The notes below the pieces were generated by a model. It was not told the DNA's origin, ran no database searches, and worked only from the letters and a program-made list of their open reading frames with translations. Positions 53,796 to 64,000 of a stretch of 64,000 nucleotides of DNA are shown piece after piece. The number at the start of each line of letters is the position of its first letter. Within the stretch, counting starts at the first letter, position 1. This stretch comes from Octopus bimaculoides (Eukaryota), in the NCBI RefSeq assembly GCF_001194135.2, contig NC_068981.1:21536087-21600086 (forward strand), given 5' to 3'. A program made the position numbers and the translations under genes.

Positions 53796-54400
53796 ATAGA
53801 ACAATACAAATCTAAGAAGCAGTTAATGTTTGTTTGTGTGTGTAAATTATATATACATACATACATATACATATATATATATATATATATAAAATTTATT
53901 CAAATGTTTTATTTTCCTATGTAATATACATTGCAATGTTTACATGGTTACATTTATTTGTGTGTATATATATATAAATTCGAAGAACGTAATATTATTA
54001 TTATAAAGTGAAAGCAAAGAGCGGTAAATTAACGAATAATATAAGGTAGGATCCGAACGAATTGTCCATTATTAACACTCTCACAGGTGTGTGGACGTAA
54101 TATTTGATAATAATAATGGTCGTAGTGCTTGGTAATAATATTGACTGTAGTTGTTTAGCGATCAATATTAAAGTGAAAGTGTCTGTTTCTATCCTTGTGG
54201 TTATACCATTGATGTTCACTTCCTACTTACTCTACTCCCACCCACTGTTGCCTGATCATAGATTCCGATGCTTCTTCCTCTCACAGACTTTCGACAAAGA
54301 AAAGTCTGCGAGGATTTGATTTTAAAAATCAAAATTAAAAATATGATACTTCTCATCGCTTTCTATGTGTTTATTAGCCATTACGATTTCTTTCCTTAAG
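52750..54400. promoter_or_regulatory. CpG-retaining, promoter-like region with a YY1-type AAAATGGCG motif (minus strand, 53434-53442)
   Basis: CpG is visibly much denser than in flanking unique DNA. Donors occur on both strands: GTAAGT on + at 53535, GTAATT on - at 53395, GTAAGT on - near 54229. Confidence 0.55.
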
Positions 54401-55669
54401 AATTTATTGTCACAATGGAAAAACTTGAATATATAATTAAAACATTATAATTATTTGCGCTGGAAATGTCTTAGCAAATGTAACATAATAAATATTAGTA
54501 TTGAAGCTAGAATATAAATATAATCAAAATATGATATTCGTAAAGATAATTAATCGGTGTTTATATCAGTTATAATTAAAATGATCGTAATATCAATAAT
54601 ATGAAAAATTATTATAATGTTTTCCATTCTCACATATCTTGAAACGAACTGTTGTATCTTTCTGACTGATGATAAATTTTAGTGTTACTCGATACTTAGA
54701 CGTTATTTAATTTCCTCTTTATTTACCTTGTCTTTCAGCAACCCTTTGTTATCAACTCTCCACATTTTTTTTCAAGCCAACTCTATTTGCATATCAACAA
54801 ATGATACCTCTTCTAACTTTCTGTTTCCTAAATCGACTCCCTCCCTATTCCATTTCTTTGATTCACATTACATACTAAGCTAGATATATTTAATTTGCTG
54901 CTCTTGCAACTGGTTATTTCGATAGGCACAGAGATAGGACAATAATTGAATGGTCCTTGTTATATTACTGGTACATGTTGACCCTGAGGAGATAAAAGGC
55001 AAAATCGACCTTGGTGGAATTTGAACTCAGAAACTCAATAATATAATTAATTTAATCTGATACCTATGTCGCACCTATCCCAATTTACTGATTTACTCCA
55101 AAATATTAATTTCAGCGTCTATCATACATTTTAAGTCTCATCTCAACAGTTCCAGGAGTCTTCTACCTCTAATTCCATTTACTACTATTATGGTAGTTTT
55201 CTTTCATGTTTAATTTATTAATAATTTTCTTTTATGGTATTTAAAATTAATAATGAGATTATTTGGACATATTTTACAAGTGATTCTTCTTCTTCTAAAT
55301 CAACTTTTGTTTTTAATTGATGGGGTTCTAATAAAGGAAGGCATTGCCAATATTCCACCAGAGCACAGATCAGTCACAATGCAAAGTAAGCAAGATCCAG
55401 AAATCTGGTGACGTATCTGCTCAACCTTTGGTAATACTTTGCAAGAGCTATTTAACAATAACAAAACATCTCCCACCCATCTTTCTCCCCCCTCTCTCTC
55501 TATATATAATCATTTAACGTCCGCTTTCCATGCTAGCATGGGTTGGACGATTTGACTGGGGACTGGCGAACCAGATGGTTACACCAAACTCCAATCTGAT
55601 CTGACAGAGTTTCTACAGCTGGATGCCCTTCCTAACACCAACCACTCCGAGAGTGTGTATGTATGTATA

Positions 55670-55716
<47 letters not shown>

Positions 55717-56171
55717 GTAATATGCATAAAGGTTTGATTTAGGCACAAGGCTAACAGTTTTGAGGGGAGGGGAGTAGTTGATACCATTGACCTCAATACT
55801 TGGCTGGTGCTTTATTTGTGTCAATCTCAGAGGTATGAAAGGCAAAATAGACCTCAATGAGATTTGAACATGGAGCCAGAACCAATGCCACAATTCATTA
55901 TTCCGACAATTTTTAGATTCTGCCAGCCATCATCTTTCTATCTTTGCATAATGAATCCAATAAGTATTTGTTCAAGTCCTATATTGGAGTTCCTAAGAAA
56001 AATATTCATCTGAGTTAGTGCTTGTCAACCATTTTTTGCTTATGGGCCCCATTGATTCCTATTTTACTCTGTTGGACCCTCATATCCATTGGATGTCAAA
56101 AAAAAAAAAAAAATCTTGCTGTATTTTTATAATTAAATATTAGGAATTGTATTTAAAAAATTGTTAAAATA

Positions 56172-56584
56172 GGCGTAGGAGTGGCTGTGTGGTAAGTAGC
56201 TTGCTTACCAACCACATGGTTCTGGGTTCATTGCCACTGCGTGGCACCTTGGGCAAGTGTCTTCTACTATAGCCTCGGGCTGACCAAAGCCTTATGAGTG
56301 GATTTGGTAGACGGAAACTGAAAGAAGCCTGTCGTATATATGTATATATATATATATGTATGTGTGTGTATATGTTTGTGTGTCTGTGTTTGTCCCCCCA
56401 ACATCACTTGACAAGCGATGCTGGTGTGTTTACGTCCCCGTAACTTAGCGGTTCGGCAAAAGAGACTGATAGAACAAGTACTAGGCTTCCAAAGAATAAG
56501 TCCTGGGGTTGATTTGTTCGACTAAAGGCGGTGCTCCAGCATGGCCGCAGTCAAATGACTGAAACAAGTAAAAGAGTAAAGAGT
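56172..56584 (+). mobile_element. tRNA-derived SINE family 1, full-length copy
   Basis: ggcgtaggagtggctgtgtggtaag (A-box) ... gggttca (B-box), central (TA)(TG) microsatellite, and tail aagtaaaagagtaaagag. Other copies at 17530-17875, 18285-18680 (-), 28240-28615, 34710-35085, 61858-62252 (-) and 62630-62966. Confidence 0.92.
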
Positions 56585-56871
56585 ATATCTTGTGTATTGT
56601 AGAAGTATAAGCAATTTATTTCACATAAACTTTAACAACAAAATCTTATGTGGACCCCTGTTAAAAACAATTGATCTAAGTAAAGTTATGGTCACATGAT
56701 GCTATTTGCTTCTAGAAGCCTTATTCAACTATATAACTAAACTTCCGCTTTGAACTGCTATCCTTGTTAAGTAGTCTGAATCCTATGACCATTGGCTTAA
56801 GTCATGAGACATAGAAAATATCAAAAGCTTGCAAAGTTACAAGAACATGAATATCATATGTCTTCCTTCCT

Positions 56872-57087
56872 TCAAGGAGGTGAGCTGGCAGAAATGTTAG
56901 CATGCCGGGCGAAATGCTTAGTGGTATTTCGTCTGTCTTTACGTTCTGAGTTCAAATTCCACCGAGGTCAACTTTGCCTTTCATCCTTTCGGGGTCAATA
57001 AATTAAGTACCAGTTGCATACTGGAGTCGATCTAATCAACTGGGACCCTTCCCCAAAATTTCGGGCCTTGTGCCTAGAGTAGAAAAG
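56872..57087 (+). mobile_element. SINE family 2 copy with perfect 16-bp TSD
   Basis: Near-identical to 18044-18258. ATATGTCTTCCTTCCT at 56856-56871 and 57088-57103. Confidence 0.93.
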
Positions 57088-58379
57088 ATATGTCTTCCTT
57101 CCTCTTGTTGGTGCATGTGTCTTTTATTTTCAACTGCATGGTAATTGGGTGTAGTTTAGATCTTAAACTCATTATTGTACAAGTTACTTGCACATAAAGA
57201 AACCAACTGAAACATATTGTTGAAGCTAGTGTCACTAGCTTCAAGAATTTGTTTCAGTTGGTTTCTGATGCCCTTTCTAATGCCAACGCTAGTAGAGGGA
57301 ACTGGATGCTTGAGGCAGCTTATGTTATGTGATGAAAGGTTAGAATATGAAGTAAGGTACCATGGCACATGTTTCTTGTTGTAGAGGAGATACATGACTG
57401 CTCTCATTATACAAGAGTGATTACAAGAGTAAGAGTGAGGGATGGTTAGAGATGGAGTAGGGGTGCAAATATACTGAATGAGGAACAGTAGTTGAGGTAG
57501 GGAGGTGGGGTGTTGAGAAATATGAATTGAAGGAATGAATAGAACTTGAGAAGGGTGTGAGGGTGAATGTAGTGAATAGTGGAGAGATGAACACAAGCAT
57601 ATACGTTGGGTAGAAGGCTGGGGAGGAAGAGGGTGAAGAGCAGCAGGGTAATAATAATACAGTAGTGAGCAGAATGATGAGAGGAGAAATGGTCTATAGT
57701 GACCAGGTTGCAAGAGTTGAATGAAGAGAAAGAGGTATCGCATGGTGAGAACGAGAGGTGTATGGTGATTTGGACAATTCAAGTGGTTCAGAAGAGAGAC
57801 TGAAGGTGAGATCATTTGGTAGTATGGAAGGGTAAGAGTGATCAATATTTGCATGCAGTTATGTGTTGGAATAAATATATTTGCACCTTTAACAGTTAAA
57901 CTCTACGAAGCAAGCACAAAAGTATCTCAATTCATAATCTTTTTCTTTTGCAAGTTTCATCATCATTTAATGTCCGCTTTCCATGCTAGCATGGGTTGGA
58001 TGATTTGACTGAGGACTGGTGTACCAGATGGCTGCACCAGGCTCCGATCTGATTTGTCAGAGTTTCTACAGCTGGATGCCCTTCCTAACGCCAACCACTC
58101 CGAGAGTGTAGTGGGTGCTTTTACGTGCCACCGGCACGAAGGCCAGTCAGGCAGTTCTCAAAAGAAAAAAGAAGTCAGAGAAAAATATGAGCAAGAAAGA
58201 AAATAACTTTTTTTAAGTGACATGGTCCATGCAAGTTCACCAAAGATGTTAGTTTTGTTCTTATCCCCATGAAGTAATTATCATTTTAAATAATGTGTGA
58301 TTTGTAGCTTCAGACTCAGAATGAGAATGACTTGATGACTCAAACCCATCTGAAAAAGGAAGAGATAAAAGCTTAAAGA

Positions 58380-59830
58380 TTCATTGAACATTCAGGGATT
58401 TTAGAGAAGTTCTAATTAAAGCATTTGACAAGGAGGAGGAGATAGTGACAAGTCGTATGTAAGATAATGGGAAGTTTATTCAGGACATATTACTGAGGGA
58501 GACAAACCAAATCAGTATCTAGTGCAAAGTTTCTGCTTGAACCAGGTTAACATGGTGGTAGGACAGTGAAGGTGACTGAGCTATAAAAGTGAAGAAACGG
58601 GTTTGAAAGGATTGGAAGAATGGAAGTAGTAGAGAAATATATCTGGCAGCTGGAAAAGAAGCTTGGCAACATGTCTATGTAGCAAGGGGAGAAGCAGAAA
58701 GGAAGAGGTTTGTTTATGTTCTGTGAAGATCAGAGGCATGAGTTGTTCTGGATTGCAAAACAGTGTATTGAGAAATTGTAATGATGTGAGAAAGAAGTGT
58801 ATATGGATGGATAATTGTACATTTGCACTTAGAAAGAGACTTGAAAGTGCTGCTATGAAATGTGGTAAAGGAGAACCTTCCTAATGTGTACCTGACAGAG
58901 GGGCCACCTGTTATAGTTGACAGTAGTATGATAGATCAAGTAGTCCCCTCTGATTTACCAGTCTTCCTGGCCATAACAGAGAGTTTAATACTGGTTACCC
59001 ACGGAAACTCTTCTATGCTGATGATCTTGCTCCTATAGCTGAATCTATGGTAGAATGAGAAATGAAATTCCAGGTGTGGTTGCAAAATCTGGTGTCAAAG
59101 GGTCTCAAAATTAACTTAGCAAGGACCAAAGTTCTAGTAAGCAGGAAAACGAACCATTAATCCCTTCAGGAAAATGGCCCTATTTGACTTGTAGGAAAGA
59201 TATTAGTAGAAATTCCATACAGTCTACCCAGTGTAAACTGTGGACACATTAACAGGTGCTGTTGAATCACATGAAGGTTAACAGAGAAAGTAGGCTTTGT
59301 ATGTGGAAGATGCATGGGAGCAATACACAATAAGAACACACAGAAAGTAGATGTTCTTGATGCTCTAAAAGCATAGTTACTAGAATAGGAGCTGGCTGGA
59401 GAAAGTTCAGAGAGTTGTTACCTTTGTTGGTAGAGAAAACCTCTCTGAGTGAAAGGCAGATTGTATGATGGTTGTGTATGAACAACAGTATTACATGGTT
59501 ATGAAACATTAGTTGTGATTGCAGAGGACATGCATGCTTCACTGGATGTGCAATGTCAGTATGCATATACAACAAAATGCAAATATGTTGAAATAAAATT
59601 TGGGCATAAGGAGCATTGGATGTAGTGTGCAAAAGAGATTACATTGGTGTGGTCATGTGATGCATATGGATGAAGACTTCCACATAAAGAAGTGCTGATC
59701 ACTAAATATGGATGGAACTCATGGAAGAGGGAGACCCAGGAAGATATGGAATGGAGTAGTGAAGAATGACCTGGATGTTGATCTTCATAGAAGAGACCAA
59801 AGAACTGAGATGAGTAGCAATTTGCTGTGT
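58380..59830 (+). mobile_element. Highly degenerate RTE LINE (RT to 3' end)
   Basis: Recognisable remnants at DNA level (ctcttctatgctgatgatcttgctc, ttaacttagcaaggaccaaag, ttacattggtgtggtcatgtgatg), paralogous to 46380-47320. Confidence 0.8.
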
Positions 59831-60885
59831 TCAAGAAGACCCATCCCTCTCAAAGAAAATGAAGCCCTAAAAGCATAAAGTCTATGTTTATCCCCCTGCA
59901 CTCAATCTATTCATGATGGGTCTCTCCTCTATAACTCATTTTCCTAATACCCACCCCTCCATTGTTCATCTGTTTATGGTACTGTTCACTCAGCTGTTGT
60001 AATTATATGTGAGTAGAACTGCGCATATTTTCACCCTTTCATTTTTGTGTTACTACCCACCTTCCCTGCAATCATTTCCTTTATCTCCTGCATTCCCATA
60101 TCGTCCCTCATCACCTATTTTTCACTGAATGCCCCTTTCCCCCCCTCCTTTTCTTCTGTACATTCTCATTCTACCAACACCAGTCCCTCCTTACTACTTC
60201 TGCTCATCATCCACTATTCCCACCCCATATGTCTCTGGCACTGTACATCTCTTTTGCACCCCCACCTCCCATATATTTCACTTCATCTGTGCTGCCACCT
60301 TTTACCTCTCTGACCCACTCCTACACCCCCTCCCCCACCTGATATTCACTGTTGATATCACTCATGTTCACCATTCATTGCATTTACCTCTATCTCAATC
60401 TCTATCTATCTGCCATTTTCCTTACTTATCCTCTCTCTCCCTGCCTGATTCTCTGGACCATTTCTCTTAAATTCACTTTCCTATAACTTGAGAATAAATC
60501 CTCTCTCTCTTGTTCCAACTGGGGTAGTCATTTATCTCTTCTATAGCAAGGCACCTGTTTCTGTCCCTCTTTCATACTTTAACCTCTTATCACCTGGCAT
60601 AAAGCCATCTCTCTCAATACCACATCTCCTCAGTTAAGGTGAGTCTTATCTTGCAAGTTACTTGGTGACCTCACTAGTGCTAGTGTCATATAAAAAGTAC
60701 CCAGTACACTCTGTAAAGTGATTGGTATTAGGAAGGGCATCCAGCCATAGAAACCATGCTAAAGCAAACATCGGAGTTTGGTGCAGTCCTTTGTCTCATT
60801 GGCTTCTGTCAAACTATCCAACCTATGCCAGCATGGAAAATGGACATTAAACAATGATGATGATGATGGTGATATATATATCCTC

Positions 60886-61440
60886 ATTATCATCGTTTAA
60901 CGTCCGCTTTCCATGCTAGCATGGGTTGGACGATTTGACTGAGGACTGGCAAGCCAGAAGGCTGCACCAGGCTCCAATCTGATTTGGCAGAGTTTCTACA
61001 GCTGGATGCCCTTCTTAACGACAACCACTCTGAGAGTGTAGTGGGTGCTTTTACGTGCCACTGGCATGAGGGCCAGTCACACGGTACTGGCAACGGCCAT
61101 GCTCAAAAAGGTGTTTTTTACGTGCCACCTGCACGGGAGCCAGTCCAGCTCAAATGATTTTCTAACGTGCCACCAGCACAAGTGCTAGAAGGCAACGCTG
61201 GTAACGATTATGCTCAAATGGTGCTATTTACTGGCCACTAGCACAGAAGCCAGACAGCTGCTCTGGCAATGAACACGCTCGACAGTGCTGTTAGTGCTTC
61301 ACTGGTGCAGGTACCAGTCATCAAGTATGGTTCAATTACGATTTCACTTGCCCCAACAGGTCTTCGCAAGCAGAGTTTAGTGTCCAATGAAGGAGAGGTT
61401 GGCATGGGTGCCAGTCGTCGGATTCGGTTTGATTTTGATT
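60886..61440 (-). mobile_element. Longest copy of the (GAT)n-tailed retroelement in the window
   Basis: Same sequence as 47425-47905 and 27001-27265, extending further 5'. Confidence 0.88.
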
Positions 61441-61857
61441 TCAGATTTCAAATTTCAAATTCCACAATATATATAGGGTAAACTGACTTTGAAAAGAATG
61501 ACCAGTGACTACAGCAGTAGATGTGTTGTACTTAATAACAGCCAGGTGTTTTGTGGACAGGAACAATCCTAACGGAAGCAAAGGAGTCAGAGGATCCTTC
61601 CTCAGTTGTTGAAGTAGAAGTTACATTCAAGTTTTGTAGCATACTAACAATTTTGGTTTTCAAAAGGGCAAAAGTAGCCATGTCTGAAAGACAAAATCTT
61701 CTTTTGTATGGATCTAGTGACAGAGAAGCTGCATTGTTGTTTACATTAGTGAAATATGGTTAAGTACCATGTACAAACATATTACCATTTGTTGAGTCAT
61801 CAGTGTTTGTGCATGTCAGTGGTAGGGATGAAGATACCAAATGCCCCAGTGTTTGGT

Positions 61858-62252
61858 TACTCTTTTACTCTTTTACTTGTTTCAGTCTTTTGACTGCGGC
61901 CATGCTGGAGCACCGCCTTTAGTTGAGCAAATCGACCCCAGGACTTATTCTTTGGAAGCCTAGTACTTATTCTATCGGTCTCTTTTGCCGAACCGCTAAG
62001 TTACGGGGGCATAAACACACCAGCATCGGTTGTCAAGCGATGTTGGGAGGACAAACACAGACATACAAACACATACATATATATATACATATATACGACA
62101 GGCTTCTTTCAGTTTCCGTCTACCAAATCCACTCATAAGGCTTTGGTCGGCCCGAGGCTATAGTAGAAGACACTTGCCCAAGATGCCACACAGTGGGACT
62201 GAACCCAGGACCATGTGGTTGGTAAGCAAACTACTTACCACACAGCCACTCC
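61858..62252 (-). mobile_element. SINE family 1 copy
   Basis: Reverse complement of 56172-56584 at high identity. Confidence 0.92.
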
Positions 62253-62629
62253 TTATTCTAACAGTTTATGGCAGTTGACATTCTCAACTAGAATTTTCAT
62301 TGAAGTTGTTAGCTAAATGTTGTTTCCTGGGTTTGTATTCTTGAGAAAAATATTAAAACTTTGGCAAAATTTAGTGGTTCTATTAGTTTATTCATTGAGT
62401 TTAGTTTTCTCTGGTCTCTGTCTAGAGTTTAGACTGTTACTGATTTGATTTCAATATTTCATTTTTTTGCTTTTTTATGTAATATAACTAGTTAAATTAC
62501 TTGAAACTAGCTGAAATGTAACACCCAACAAGCAACAGCTACTTTTCAGTAGATATCATTTGTTTTGAAAGTATGTGTCATAGGTGCTCATAAGAATCTT
62601 GACATTCATTGTCAAGTTTTCATACAAAT

Positions 62630-62966
62630 ACTTCAGTAGCTGGCTTACCAACCACATGGTTTCGGGTTCAGCCTCAGGCCAACCAAAGTTTCGTGAGTGG
62701 GTTTGGTAGACGGAAACTGAAAGAAGCCTGTCGTATATATGTATATATATATATGTGTGTTTGTGTGTCTGTGTTTGTCCCCCCAACATCGCTTGACAAC
62801 CGATGCTGGTGTGTTTACGTCCCCGTAGCTTAGCGGTTCGGCAAAAGAGACCGATAGAATAAGTACTAGGCTTACAAAGAATAAGTCCTGGGGTCGATTT
62901 GCTTGACTAAAGGCGGTGCTCCAGCATGGTCACAGTCAAATGACTGAAACAAGTAAAAGAGTCAAA
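62630..62966 (+). mobile_element. SINE family 1 copy with internal deletion
   Basis: Matches 56172-56584 but lacks about 45 nt after the B-box (gggttcag|cctc). Confidence 0.9.
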
Positions 62967-63293
62967 AGGGAGTAGGTCCCAAGTTCTGAGTATTCCTTGA
63001 ATATGATGATTATATGGTTAGTCTGTCCTGAAAATTTGTGTAGCTGAATTTGTCTTCATTTATTGTATCTTGCCTTGGTTGTCATAAGTTCACCAAGTAA
63101 TTGTTGAAGTCCTTCACCGAAGGAAACTATTTATCCTAGTTATGAAAATTTCTTTAGTTCTTTACTACTATAAACCTTATTTAGCTGCACAACCAAGCCT
63201 CCCACGTCAAGCTGATAGTTAAATAATCCTTGTTAGATAATCCAAATGATGTGACCATTGCGTTGCATGAATGATATAGTATGCAAAACTTAC

Positions 63294-63366
63294 AGTGGTA
63301 CAGTATCAGGGGTTTATTTTGTACTTCACTAATAATTTCAGTTGAACTTTCCAGGAATTCATACAT
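63294..63366 (-). CDS. Candidate first coding segment MYEFLESSTEIISEVQNKPLILYH of an unidentified gene
   Basis: Lies in a minus-strand exon with a strong acceptor (ttctgtatttgtcatacag, start 63452 or 63449) and a GTAAGT donor at 63293. All frames are closed upstream of the ATG, as in a 5' UTR. Confidence 0.3.
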
Positions 63367-64000
63367 TTAAGTGGTGTTCTCAACGCTATCAATACATTTG
63401 TTCTTTGTCGGTCACCATCAAATAGACATTACACTGACACTACGAGAGACTGCTGTATGACAAATACAGAATGAACAAAGGCAACTAGAAACTAATAAAT
63501 TAAATCAGAGTTGGCAAGTGAAGCAGTTTAGACAATAAAGTCAAAGAAAGCTGTAGAAAGTTGTTAAAATGCTGATTAGATCAGTGTGAATTTGTGAGGA
63601 ATATTGATAATACCCTCTAGCTTATCAATGTTGCAAGCAATGTTATCTTTAATCATTGGCATAGATTTTTTTCTGTTCAGAAGTATAGAAAATTTCAGTT
63701 AACAATGAACCTGGTTGAGACAGCAAAAGTAGTTTTGTACTGAGTTCACATATATGGAAATCTGTTTTTGGTCTTGGATATGGACTGAGGTAGCTTCATG
63801 ATAAAGTACAAATATCAGTTCTTTAGATTTATTGATTTACAGGACTTCTTTGATTGTATCTCATGCTGATGGTGGTGGAGAGTATTGAGAAGGCTAGGTG
63901 TAGACAAGACTAACCTCTTTTAAAATTGTCCCAATTTTTAGCTAGAAAAAATGTTACATCATCATCATCATCATCGTTTAACGTCCGCTTTCCATGCTAG

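Noticed and set aside
55300-55440. Minus-strand LCIVTDLCSGG, resembling kinase subdomain V
   Set aside because: Flanking kinase motifs are absent and splice signals are unconvincing.
56172-56250. tRNA-like A/B boxes, also at 17530, 18044 and 56872
   Set aside because: These are heads of multi-copy SINEs with bodies, tails and TSDs, not tRNA genes.
57156-57854. 232-aa minus-strand ORF, the longest in the track
   Set aside because: Low-complexity antisense of a purine-rich, probably decayed retroelement segment with biased L/S/P/H composition and no domain.

Overview
This is AT-rich eukaryotic genomic DNA with long introns and seven N gaps. It is very probably from an octopus: the tRNA-derived SINEs and the RTE-LINE tails ending in (GAT)n match repeats I recognise from Octopus, though that is from memory and not a database search. 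Most of the supplied ORF track is spurious, arising from microsatellites, repeats or antisense reads. The one well-supported gene is the 3' half of WDR59 (GATOR2 subunit, Sea3 orthologue) on the + strand. Six phase-compatible exons run from 868 to the stop at 40883, a possible 96-nt cassette exon lies at 21133-21228, and an AATAAA sits at 40934. The rest is transposon debris: RTE-clade LINE fragments, two SINE families, two mariner remnants, a hAT MITE with 8-bp TSD and a Helitron-like element. A CpG-rich, promoter-like zone lies at about 52.75-54.4 kb. Low-confidence small exons on the - strand between 41.5 and 63.5 kb suggest one or two unidentified genes converging on WDR59. The most notable unexplained structure is a run of fold-back elements in WDR59 introns (1474-1816, 1818-1891, 19589-19707, 23872-24113, 25044-25860, plus inverted SINE pairs). 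Three WDR59 codons also sit where A-to-I editing would restore the vertebrate residue. Two insertions carry template-switch or repair signatures. No CRISPR array, rRNA, true tRNA or prokaryotic system is supported, and I cannot claim a demonstrated new biological system.
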